DNA from: Chiloscyllium plagiosum
Lineage: Eukaryota
Length of the DNA: 20,000 bases
Assembly (NCBI RefSeq): GCF_004010195.1
Contig: NC_057718.1
Location: forward strand, 24,556,398-24,576,397
Reading direction: 5' to 3'
Each line of letters opens with the position of its first letter. Within the stretch, counting starts at the first letter, position 1. This document shows positions 1 to 10,548 of the stretch, one piece after another. The notes under the pieces were generated by a model, which saw only the letters and a program-made list of their open reading frames with translations, made no database searches and was not told where the DNA came from. The position numbers and the translations under genes were made by a program.

Positions 1-802
1 CTGACATGGAATACCATTGGCTATATGAACTGAAAAGATCCTTTGGTGCAGATTCTACTCGAAATTTATGAATAAGCCAGACTAATTTGCAATAACATCA
101 ATGCAGATAATTGTGCTTCTGCTAAAATAAAAAAAATAGTGGTTATGTGTCATTAGTACTCTGACAGCTTAAATAAAGGCAAGCTAAAAATAAAGGAGGT
201 GGCTGATGTAACTGAGGGGCAGAAGATCAGATGAACAAATTTGGTGAAATATCAATGAACAGTTTTATCATAATTGATTTTTAGTTACTGTGATTAATTA
301 TTGCACTTAGTAAAGTACATTTGCAAGAGTAAATGTAAGTCTGCAAGATTCAATGGTATACAGATTGTACAGAAATCATTTTTTTGTTTTCTCAATTTTT
401 AATGAGGAGTTATAAATGTCAATCTTCAGCCAAAATAGACTGCTTGGCAACGTATTCTCATACCTCTTGACTGGGTTGCCTGGAACCTAATCTCAGGTGC
501 AACTTGACATAATTCACCATTTGATTGCCCCATGTGAAAAAAATCAAGATGGTGAACATCAACCCTGCCACTCAATGGAATGAGTCACGATTACAGAACT
601 ATGCTCGCCCAATAGTTTATATTCTGTTTTATGGCACATCTAGAGGCAAGTTGTTACTGGCTTCCAGTAATGTAAAAATAACCATCAGTTCGCAGTGTGA
701 CATCTTACATTATTTTCACCAGACACATAATGCTTATATAATTGCATATTTCCCCCATTAGTGTCAATCTAAGTTTCATCACTTCAGAGTTAATTTGCTT
801 AC

Positions 803-989
803 CTGAGCGTCTTCAAATGCATATCTTCCTGGGTCTTTTACATTTTGTGTGGTCTTATCATAGCTTTTGGAGTCCACGTTAATGGCACTGGGGGCTCCTG
901 GTGCCAAAAACTCTTGCCAGATTTCTTGAACACGTGATGGTACCTCACGAATGGGTCTTTTCTTCAGATCCAGCACTGCTAACCAGAAT
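803..989 (-). CDS. RGS7: RGS7 coding exon (RGS domain core), 187 bp
   Basis: The minus strand reads ccaaacag|A TTC TGG...GCT CAG|gtaagc and translates (R)[64 protein letters not shown]+A = Arg joins the previous exon. The KKRPI.EVPSRVQ and [13 protein letters not shown] segments favour RGS7 over RGS6. Confidence 0.97.
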
Positions 990-1021
990 CTGTTTGGATT
1001 CACAGGACAGTGTCTACAGTT

Positions 1022-1058
1022 ATTCCTGAAGAAGGGCTTATGCCCGAAACGTCGATTC
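1022..1058 (+). ncRNA. Minimal type I hammerhead ribozyme motif (PLE-associated)
   Basis: CTGAAGA (1026-1032), A, stem II GGGC-TTAT-GCCC (1034-1045), GAAA (1046-1049), then CG-TC as the putative cleavage triplet GUC (1051-1053). Stem III is vestigial and stem I (ATTC/GATT) is weak. Confidence 0.7.
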
Positions 1059-1151
1059 TCCTGTTCCCTGGATGCTGCCTGACCTGCTGCGCTTTTTCAG
1101 CAACACATTTTCAGCTCTGATTTCCAGCATCTGCAGTCCTCACTTTCTCCT
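1024..1151 (+). mobile_element. Short Penelope-like element terminal-repeat (pLTR) fragment with target-site duplication
   Basis: It is flanked by a perfect 16-bp direct repeat CAGTGTCTACAGTTAT (1008-1023 and 1152-1167). It starts with a hammerhead motif, followed by GATGCTGCCTGACCTGCTG...TCCAGCATCTGCAGT, a block also seen in the related fragments in this window. Confidence 0.8.
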
Positions 1152-1705
1152 CAGTGTCTACAGTTATGTTGTTTAAAGAAACCTTACCAATTACAAGTTC
1201 CAAAGATGCCAATTTATCAAAAAAATAGTTGAACATACTTCAAATCAAGAACAAAAGCAGAATTTATGATGAAACAAACAATTTAGTATAACTTATTCTG
1301 CAATGCTGGGGATTAAAGCATGACATGGGTGCTTTTTGTATTCTGTATAGTGTGTTCACAATATGACACTGAATTTTATGCTGATGAAATGTGGAAAGAT
1401 TTGGGACATTCACCAAATCAGAACTGACTAAAGTCGGTGTTTGATCACCATCCTCTGGGAAAGTTAGGGAGACACTTCAACTTGGCATTTTGAAAATTCT
1501 GCCCTGTTAGAAGCTCCATGATAAAATATACAGAATGCATAGTAGTCCAAAAGTACACAGTCTCTGAAACAGTGAACTTAATGTTGTAAATCATCATCCT
1601 CATTCTTTACCTTTTGCTCTTGTGGCTGTCAACAGCTTTTTTTTTTTAACAGATAGTCCTTTAATGATATTTCAGTTTGAATACCTGTCCATTAAGATAT
1701 GTCAA

Positions 1706-2738
1706 ATAGTCATAGAGTCATAGAGATGTACAGCATGGAAACAGACCTTTTGGCCCAACCTATCCATGCTGACCAGATATCTCAACCCAATCTAGTCCCA
1801 CCTGCCAGCACCCAACCCATATCTCTCCAAACCCTTCCTATTCATATACCCATCCAAATTCCATTTAAATATTTCATTCGTACCAGCCTCCACCACTTCC
1901 TCTGACAGTTCATTCCATACATGTTCAATACTCTGCATGAAAAAGTTGCTCCTTAGGTTTCTTTTATATCTTTCCCCTCTCACCTTAAACCTATGCCATC
2001 TAGTTCTGGACTCCCCCACCGGGGGAAGAGACTTTGTCTATTTACACTATCCATGCCTCTCATGATTTCATAAACCTCTATAACATCACTCCTCAGCCTC
2101 CGACGCTCCAGGAAAAACAGCCCTAGCTTATTCAGCCTCTCCCTATCGCTCAAATCCTCCAATCCGGGCAAGATCCTTGTAAATCTTTTCAGAACCCTCT
2201 CAAGTTTCACAACATCATTGTAATAGGAAGGAGACCAGAATTGCATGCAATATTCCAACAGTGGCCTAACCAATGTCCTATACAGCCGCAAAATGACCTC
2301 CCAACTCCTGTACTCAATACCAATAAAGGAAAGCATACCAAACACCTTCTTCACTACCCTATCTACCTGCGACTCCATTTTCAAGGAACTATGAACCTGC
2401 ACTCCAAGGTCTCTTTGTTCAGCAACACTCCCCAGGACCTTATCATTAAGTGTATAAGTCCTGCTAAGATTTGCTTTCCTAAAATGCAGCACCTCACATT
2501 TATCTAAATTCAACTCCATCTGTCACTTCTCAGTACATTGTCCCACCTGATCACGATCTCATTGTAATCTGAGGTAACCTTCTTCGCTGTCCACTACACC
2601 TCCAATTTTGGTGTCATCTGCAAACTTACTAACTAAACCTCTTATGCCCACATCCAAATCATTTATGTAAATGACAAAAAGTAGAGGGCCCAGCACCGAT
2701 CCTTGTTGCACTCCACTGGTCACAGGCCTCCAGTCTGA
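1706..2738 (-). mobile_element. 5'-truncated CR1 LINE (HER1-like): RT C-terminus, 3' UTR and (CTCTATGA)n tail
   Basis: Frameshifted ORF2 pieces contain RT motifs ([45 protein letters not shown]). The plus strand shows the tail as AGTCATAGAGTCATAGAG. Confidence 0.93.
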
Positions 2739-2994
2739 CCTTTGGTGGCTCATTGAGTAGCAGGCTACATTCAGGGTCAAAGGGTGACTTTTCCTGCTTT
2801 AACTGACAGTGGGTTCCTGAAATCACTGCCAGGGTAATTGCCAAGTCTGACTGCCAAGCTGGGCTTCCTGTTAGGCAGGAGAAGTAGGTCCCCATGTTGA
2901 ACCCAGCAGGGCAGTTGAGAGCATCTGATCTGATCCCTGACTCTTGTCCTATGCACATAAATGCAACTTAGATTGATTGGCAAGAGACCCAAAG

Positions 2995-3470
2995 GAACAG
3001 AGGATTCCAGGGCAGGAGCAGGCTATTCAGCCCTTCAAACCTGCTCCAACATTCAATAAAATCATGATTGATTGTGGTCTCAGCTTCACTTCACTGCCCG
3101 CAGGCAATAATTCTTAACTCCATTGTCTATCACAAACCCATCTAACTCAGCCATTTTGAATTTTAAAGTCCCAGCCCACTCACTTTCTGGGAAGAGAATT
3201 CCACATTTCTAACAGGCCATTGAGAGAACCATTTCTCACCATTTCTGTTTTAAAAGGGTGATCTGTTTTTTTTAAACTGTGTTCCCTCCATTTAGTTTCC
3301 CTTATCAGAGGGAAAATGCATTGAATATCCACCCTTTCCAATCCTCTCAAGAGTGTGCAAGTTGTGATAAGATCACCTCTCAGTTTTCTAATCTCAAACA
3401 GACATAGGCCTAACCTGGTCAACATTTCCTGATATGACTCTCATTCTTGAAATGAGTCCAGTGAATCCCA
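2995..3470 (-). mobile_element. Older CR1 LINE 3' fragment (second family)
   Basis: ORF 3180-3425 gives RLGLCLFEIRKLRGDLI...EMWNSLP, the CR1 ORF2 C-terminus. A tail-like segment GGAGCAGGCTATTCAGCCC lies near 3015-3035. Boundaries are approximate. Confidence 0.8.
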
Positions 3471-3484
3471 TAGCGAGATAAGGA

Positions 3485-3677
3485 AAACCTTTTTTTTAAC
3501 ATAGCAAATGGTTAGAATAAGGTTTGCATTGCCTGAGAGAATGGTGGAGTCAGATTCAATTGTGGCTACAGGGAAAAAAATGGGAGAATGGAACTAATTC
3601 AGTTGCTCTACTGGAGAGCCAGAAAGGGGCATCATGGCTGAATGGTCTCTTTCTATGCTGCAAGCATTCTATGAGTC
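3485..3677 (+). mobile_element. Degraded CR1 3' end
   Basis: TTGCCTGAGAGAATGGTGGAG (LPE.VVE-like) is followed by a CR1-type terminus GGCTGAATGGTCTCTTTCTATGCTG...ATTCTATGA. Confidence 0.6.
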
Positions 3678-3684
3678 AAAACTG

Positions 3685-3970
3685 GGTGGCACTGTGGCTC
3701 AGTGGTTAGCACTGCTGCCTCATAGTACCAGGGACTTGGATTCAATTCCCACCTTGAGTGACTGTGTGGAGTTTGCACATTCTCCCTGTGTCTGCGTGGG
3801 TTTCCCCTGGGTGCTCTGGTTTCCTCCCACTGTCCAAAGATGTGCAGGTCAGGTGAACTGCCCATAGTGTTAGGTACATGAGTCAGAGGGAAGTGGGTTA
3901 CTCTTTGGAGGGTCGGTGTGGACTTGTTGGGCCAAAGGGCTTGTTTCCACACTGTAGGTAATCTAATCTA
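3685..3970 (+). mobile_element. tRNA-derived V-SINE (HE1-like)
   Basis: It has an A box (TGGCTCAGTGG), a B-box-like GGATTCAATTCC, the V-domain core TGTGTGGAGTTTGCACATTCTCCC..TGCGTGGGTTT, a CR1-like 3' end and a (TAATC)n tail. A 7-bp TSD AAAACTG lies at 3678-3684 and 3971-3977. Confidence 0.92.
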
Positions 3971-4985
3971 AAAACTGCTTTGTCCTATTAAAAAAAACTC
4001 TGGGCAGAATCTTTTATGGTCCCTCATGGTGGGATTATTTGTGTTGAACATTTGATCAGGTGGGAGGGTAATGGGTGGACACCATGCCGCATTTCTTCTG
4101 TAGCCCCGCTTAAACCCATGGTGGGAAGGTCTGCAGAAAGTGATGCACGTTGTTTGACCACGAGAATAAAAATGAGCCTTCATGAGGAAAAGATCAAAGT
4201 TTGTCATGGTGAGTCCCAGATACGAATGAGCAGTGTGAGAGAAACTTTGAAACATAGACTGAAATAGTGTTGAATAGAATGCAAAGATTATATGCAGTTA
4301 GCTGATGGGATAGATATACAAGGATTAAAAAAAGAAATAATCAATAATTTAAATTTGAAAACTATCAGATGTTGCAAATTGAACAGTATAAAAGATCATT
4401 TTCTGACTTTTTTCTCCCAGTGGAATGCCTTGTTTACATACTGGAAATGTTTTTGAAATGATGAATATATGGCTAGACAATTAGATGTGCCCAAACTCAA
4501 TTGTTGTACAGAATAATGCAGACATTGAAAGATGGAAACAGGCTGTTTGCCCTCCACGTACGAACTACACTCTCATCATCTTTTGCCCCCTTCCCTGTTA
4601 CCGTTGAGTTGATCTTAAACATGGACGGGAACTGGATGTTTCCAGAGTTTGTGGAGGTGGGGAAATGGCAGCCGGGTCCTGATGCAGAATTCCCAATCCC
4701 ATGACTAAGGTCTCAGTGCAGTTTCAAGGTGCAGGCCGGTTCAAGTCATGAGCTGACGTCTGGCCCTCACAACCTGGCTGTCTTCATAACAGAGACAAGC
4801 ATGCCCCTAGATTTCATGGCATCAGGGAAGTTTTTAAAGATTGACTTAAAAGGAAAACATCCATGAAATACCTGCCCTATGTATTGTAGATCGTGAACTC
4901 AACTTACAGAATTTATCAAACCAGGGACAAAGCATGTCATCCTAAACCATGAAGGACTACATCGGACAAAGTTCCTTACACAAGG

Positions 4986-5091
4986 TATTTTTATTCAACC
5001 TATAAGACATGTTATTACACAATTTGGGAGTAGGTGGGATTTGAACTGCTTGCTCCCAGGTAGGGACACTACCACTGCACCACAAGGATCC
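4986..5091 (-). mobile_element. Short tRNA-derived SINE
   Basis: The reverse complement reads GGATCCTTGTGGTGCAGTGGTAGTGTCCCTACC...GTTCAAATCCCACC...A-rich end (A and B boxes). The head is shared with 14620-14665. Confidence 0.7.
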
Positions 5092-5380
5092 TTCCATGCA
5101 TATCTAACATGCCAGTCTCTATGTCATAACAGCTTGCAACTGTTGATATCTCTAATGGAATCAATTGCCCAAAATGCTTCACAGGAGTTTAACTGGATTT
5201 GATCTACTAACTGCACTAACTGGTTTCATGCTTTCTTAATTTACTATTTCCCTTTAAAAATATTTCACAAAAAGAACCAAGTTTTCAGACCAAACAACAT
5301 CCTAATTCTTCCACACTGCATCTTCCTAATTGTTTCAATATTATTTCTCTAGCATGGAGATCAGAACTTCACACAATACA

Positions 5381-8360
5381 CATAGTCATGGAGTCATACA
5401 GCATGGAAACAGACGCTTTGGTCCAACTAGTCCCTGCAAATGTTCATGCTTCCAAACTAAACTAGGCCGAGTTGCCTGCATTTGGCCTATATTCCTCCAA
5501 ACTTTTCCTATTCATGTACTTATCCAAATGTCTTTTAAATGCTGTAACTGCATCCACCACCTCCTCTGGCATTTCATTCCACACACAAACCACTCACTGT
5601 GTAAAATAGTTGCTCCTCGTATCCTTTCTAAAACTTTCTCTTCTCACCTTAAAAACATACCCCCGAGTTTTGAACTCCCTCACCTTAGGGAAATGACCCT
5701 TGCTATTCACCTTATCTATGCCTCTTATGATTTTATAAACTTTGATAAGGTCACCCCTCAGCCTCCCAGGGTCCACTGAAAAATGTCCCAGCCTATTATT
5801 ATAACTCAAACCTTCCATTCCTGGCAACATGCTCATAAATATTTTCTGAACCCTCTCCAATTTAATAATATTAATATCCTTCCTACAGCGGAGCAGCCTG
5901 AATGGCACAGAGTACTCCAGATGAAGCCTCATCAACATCCTGCACAACTTCAACATGACGCCTCAACTCCAAGCTCAAAGGCCTGAGCACTGTAGGCAAG
6001 CGTGCTAAACACCTTCTTAACCACACCATCTGGATATGATGCAAATTTCAAAAATTGTGTACCTGAACTCCTGGGTCTCTCTGTTCATACACTACCCAGC
6101 CCCCTACCATTAATTGTATAGGTTCTGCCCTTGTTTGTTTTATCAAAATGCCTTTCTTTTATCTAAATTAAACTCTATCTGCCACTCCGTACCCTATTGA
6201 CCCACTTAAGAACAAAGAGAAGAAAGAACAATACAGGACAGGAACAGAGTTGGGAGGTCATGTTGCGGCTGTACAGGACACTGGTTTGGCCACTGTTGGA
6301 ATATTGCATGCAATTCTGGTCTCCTTCCTATTGGAAAGAGGTTGTGAAACTTGAAAGGGTTCTGAAAAGATTTACAAGGATGTTGCCAGGGTTGGCGGAT
6401 TTGAGCTATAGGGAGAGGCTGACCAGGCTAAGGCTGTTTTCCCTGAAGCATCGGAGGCTAAGGGGTGACCTTATAGAGGTTTACAAAATTATGAGGGGCA
6501 TGGATCGGGTAAATTGGCAAAGTCTTTTCCCTGGGGTCGGGGAGTCCATAACAAGAGGGCATAGGTTTAGGATGAGAGGGGAAAGATATAAAAGAGATCT
6601 ACAGGGTAACTGTTTCACACAGAGGGTGGTACGTGTATGGAATGAGCTGCCAGAGGAAGTGGTGGAGGCTGGTACAATTGCAACATTTAAGAGGCATTTG
6701 AATGGGTATATGAATAGGAAGGGTTTGGAGGGATATGAGCCAGGTGCTGGCAGGTAGGACTAGATTGGGTTGGGATATCTGGTGGGCATGGACAGGTTGT
6801 ACCGATGGGTCTGTTTCCATGCTGTACATCTCTATGACTCTATAAGCCTTTCATTTGATCAAGATCTCTTTGTAATCTTAGATAACCTTCTTCACTGTCC
6901 ACTTTACTATAAATTTTGATGTCATCTGCAAACTTCCTAAGCATGCCTCCTATATTCTCATTCAAACGTTTATATAAATGACAAACAAAAGTGGACTCAG
7001 CATCGATCCCTGTGGAACACCGCTGGTCACAGGACTCCAGTCTGAAAAACTATCCTCTATCTCCATCTTATGTCTCGACTATCCAATTGGCAAGCTCTCC
7101 CTGAATCCTATGTGATCCAATGTTACTAATTAGTCGTACCATGCAGAACCTTGTTAAATATTTTACTAAAGTCTATGTAAACCATGTCTGCCGCTCTGCC
7201 CTCATCAATCTTCTTGATTACTTCCTCAAAAAACTCAATCAAGTTTGTGAGACATGATTTCCTTCTCACAAAACCATGCTGACTATTGTCAATCAGTCCT
7301 TGCCTCTCCAAATGCCAGTAAATCCTATTTTTCAGAATCAGCTCCAACAACTTACCTACCACCAATGTCAGGCTCACAGATCTATAGCTGCCAGGCTTCT
7401 CCTTACAGCTCATCTTAAATAAAGGCACATTAGCCACCCTCTAGTTCTCCATCTGGTTTTAGATGATACAAATATTTCTGCTCGGGGCCCCCATAATTTC
7501 TTCCCTAACTTCCCACAATATGCTGGAATATGTTTGACCAGGTCCTGGAGATTTATCCACCTTTATGTTTTCTAAAACCTCCAGCACGTCCTCTTCTGCA
7601 GTGTGACTGCTTTCAAAACATCAATATTTATTTCCTCAAGTTATCTATCCTCCATTTCTTTCTCCACAGTAAAAACTGATGTGAAATATTCATTTAGTAT
7701 CTCTCCCATCACCTGAGGTTCCACACATAGATGACCTCATTGATGTTTAAGGGGCCCTATTACCTCTCTAGTTGCTCTTTTGCTCTTTATCAATTGTAGA
7801 ATCTCTTTGGATTATCCTTTTCTGCCAAGGTCATTTATTTTTCCCTTTGTGTCTTCCTGATTTCCCTCTTAAGAATGCCACTAGACTCTTTATAGTTTTT
7901 GAGATATTTATTTGATCCAAATTGTCTATATCTAACATATGATTCATTTTTATTTTTGATCAAAACTTCAATATCTTTATTCATCCACTGTTCCCTACTC
8001 TTACCAGCCTTACCCTTCACTCTAACAGGAACACAATGCCTCTGAACTTTTGTTATCAATACTTTTTAAAGCGCCCCAATTGTTAGTTATCCCTTTACCT
8101 CTGAACAGGCTACTCCAATGAACTTTTGAAAGTTCTTGTCTCATACCATTATAATTTGTCTTACTCCAATTAAGAACTTTAACTTTTATGGAAGGCATAT
8201 CCTTTTCCATAACTATTCTAAACCTAATAGAATTGTGATCACTAGTCTCAAAGTGATCCCCTACTAACACTTCAGCCATTTGTTCTGCCTTATTTCCCAA
8301 GAGAAGGCCAAGTTTTGCTCCTTCTCTAGAAGGTACATTTACATATTGATTAAAAAAATT
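5381..8360 (-). mobile_element. Long decayed CR1 LINE (endonuclease end, RT, tail), interrupted at about 6208-6851
   Basis: Collinear ORF2 remnants: GDHFETSDHNSIRF (APE end), ANVPLFK..KEKPGSYRSVSLT and QHGFVRRKSCLTNLIEFFE, then LHLEYSV..RLRGDLIKVYKI. The tail is at 5381-5400. Homology to the 1706-2738 copy stops at about 6207 and resumes at about 6852. Confidence 0.92.
6248..6843 (+). mobile_element. Young 5'-truncated CR1 LINE nested in older elements
   Basis: Uninterrupted ORF2 C-terminus (SWEVMLRLYRTLV...WNELPEEVVEAGT, stop at 6757), then the 3' UTR and the tail CTCTATGACTCTAT. Same subfamily as 1706-2738 and 12170-12996. Confidence 0.93.
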
Positions 8361-8569
8361 GATAAAGAAAATACTCCTGCCATGGACCCACTAAGGATTT
8401 ATACAGGTTAACCATTACACATCAACTTTTATATTTCAGACTTATTGTCAAAGGTCCATAATTTCATTTCCAATCATCTCGAAGTGCTGTTTTTAACATT
8501 TTATGAATTTAAATAAACCTCTCTAAATAAAAGCTACTGTGCTCATCTATTCTGTTACTATTGAACACA

Positions 8570-8745
8570 TCCCTCTGTCTTCTACTATGGGCACCTTCAC
8601 CATCTATTCCACTCACTCCTCCTCCACCTTTCTCAACAGCTAAAAACCCACCATTTTCCAACCCCTTCAATTCCAAGGAAGAGTTAAATTAGACTTGAAA
8701 TGTTAACTATATTTATCTCTTCCGCAGATGTTGCTAGGCCTGCAC
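8570..8745 (+). mobile_element. Degraded Penelope-like terminal-repeat fragment with decayed hammerhead motif
   Basis: A pyrimidine-rich leader precedes TTCCAAGGAA-GAGTT-AAATTA-GACTT-GAAATGTTAAT-like core (8671-8707, actual ...GAAATGTTAAC) and ...CAGATGTTGCTAGGCCTG, paralleling 10079-10150. Confidence 0.55.
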
Positions 8746-9979
8746 TCTAATTTACTAAGTTCCTACATTTCTAAATGAAGTAATTGTCAAAATAAAATAA
8801 ACTTGTATGTATAAGAGAAAAATGCAATCCTCTACAATACTCGTAGCTTGAACAGGCTCCATCTAGTGGCAGAGGTTTGTCAGGTGCAAGTGGAATCCAA
8901 GGACTCACCTGCACTGAGAAATTTCTGTCACTAGATGGGGCCCAGGATGTCAATCTGAACTGGAAAGGGAAACATGGACTCAGCAACAAAGTGAAGACCA
9001 GACATGAAGCCCAAAGACGAGACCAAAGTTTGGAGGGAGAACCAAGGCAGCTGGGGATGGGGTGGGGTTTACAGGAGAAATGAGACACAAGGAAAGATAA
9101 GGAGGCTCAGTGAAGAGGATGAAGCCCAGGAGTGAGGTTGTGGTGTAGCAAGTTGGGAGATACAGCCAGGGCAAGAATAGGATGGGAGTGGGGGGGGGGG
9201 GAGGTGGGGGTGATGGAGCTGGTATGCAAGGCCAAGAAGACCCCTTTCCAAAGCCAGTACAAAATGGAGAAAGTGTGGAAATACAAAGCAGTACGGGACA
9301 TTGATTTGCAATGGTGACGGAAGCTGACAAAGTATGTGAAGGATGCTAAAACTAAAAATGGGAATGCTAAATGAAAATACATAATGTACACAGCTATCAC
9401 ACTCCAGTTAAAACCCAGTTAACTGGATTAAAAAAAGAGCTAACTCCAAGGTTTCCTTGAGTGAAGAAGAGGAATATTATTGCCTACCAACCCTGAGGAA
9501 ATAATAAAATGTGATATCAAATACAGGTAATAACTTTGAAAAAAAAGTGGGTTTCTAATAGAAACAGGAACTTAAGAGAAGGTGTAGGTTAAAGTTCTGG
9601 AGTTGGGACAATGAAACTTGAGTCCATGGTTGTTTAGTTGTTGCTTTTCATTAGCAGTCGTGAATTTTGTAAAATTCTGGAATTCTGGGTGAATGCTTGT
9701 TTTCCCAAATTGCTTTTCCACTGGGTACTTCTTTTGAACAATGGTGAGGTACAGAGGGAGCGAGGGAGAAATAGACCAAGTGAGAGAATCCTCTTTCCCT
9801 TCTCTCTCTGCTCTGCAAAGCAAGCTACTGAAATATGTTTTTCTCCATATTCCCATGTCTAACTCCTTTGTCTTTCCAAACCTGATTACCCGACAGGCAA
9901 CCTTTCATTTCCCAATATGCAAGCTTATTACACAAGTGTGAATTGAACAGAAGTCTAAAATTTTTTGATCCTGAATTAA

Positions 9980-10065
9980 GACCGTAAAACCAAAACACAC
10001 AGGAGCAAAAGTAGACCATTCAGCCCATCAACTCTGCTCCAAATTTTAATGTGGTCATGGTTCTA
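9980..10065 (-). mobile_element. CR1 3'-tail fragment (family of the 2995-3470 copy)
   Basis: CAGGAGCAAAAGTAGACCATTCAGCCCATCAACTCTGCTCC resembles 3014-3047 CAGGAGCAGGCTATTCAGCCCTTCAAACCTGCTCC. Confidence 0.6.
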
Positions 10066-10076
10066 TGATAAATTAT

Positions 10077-10194
10077 TTCTGAAGAAGGGTCACTAGATTT
10101 GAAACGTTAACTGCACCTTCTCTCCACAGATACAACCAGACTTGCTGAGTTTCTTCAACAATTTCTGTTTTTATTTTAGATTTCCAGTATTTGC
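10077..10194 (+). mobile_element. Penelope-like terminal-repeat fragment with hammerhead motif
   Basis: CTGAAGA-A-GGGTC-ACTA-GATTT-GAAA-CGTT-AAC (10079-10111) is followed by CCAGACTTGCTGAGTTTC...AGATTTCCAGTATTTGC, the same layout as 1024-1151. Confidence 0.72.
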
Positions 10195-10548
10195 TGGAAG
10201 TTGGCTAACACGGTGCCACTGTTTAAGAAGGGTGGTAAGGACAAGCCAGGGAACTAGAGACCAGTGAGCCTGATGCGGTGGTGGGCAAGTTGTTGGAGGG
10301 AATCCTGAGGGACAGGATGTACATGTATTTGGAAAGGCTAGGACTGATTAGGGATAGTCAACATGGCTTTGTGCGTGGGAAATCATGTCTCACAAACTTG
10401 ATTGAGTGTTTTGAAGAAGTAACAAAGAGGATTGATGAGGGCAGAACAGCAGATGTGATCTATATGGGCTTCAGTAAGGCATTCGACAAGGTTTTCCATT
10501 GGAGACTGGTTAGCAAGGTTAGATTTCACGGAATACAGGGAGAACTAG
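10194..10548 (+). mobile_element. Internal CR1 RT fragment
   Basis: PLFKKGGKDKPGN*RPVSL, then VGKLLEGILRDR...QHGFVRGKSCLTNLIE...FSKAFDKV..HGIQGEL, where homology ends abruptly. Confidence 0.9.

Noticed and set aside
1..802. Next RGS7 exon (expected to begin EHIYKLMKSDSY)
   Set aside because: Not found on the minus strand here, so it presumably lies beyond the left edge. ORF 525-761 has no recognisable homology.
779..1003. 74-aa ORF as a standalone gene
   Set aside because: It is an internal RGS7 exon (803-989) plus intronic read-through. The same holds for ORF 13884-14081.
3685..3755. tRNA gene (also at 15174, 5040-5091 and 16430-16490)
   Set aside because: A/B boxes are present but they continue into SINE bodies, and no full cloverleaf is evident.
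6197..6757. 186-aa ORF as a host gene or domesticated protein
   Set aside because: It is a truncated CR1 ORF2 C-terminus fused by chance to flanking repeat sequence, with no true ATG start.
8771..9400. Cluster of overlapping ORFs including a polyproline stretch
   Set aside because: These are a by-product of the G-run and purine skew, with no recognisable domain or exon-like boundaries.
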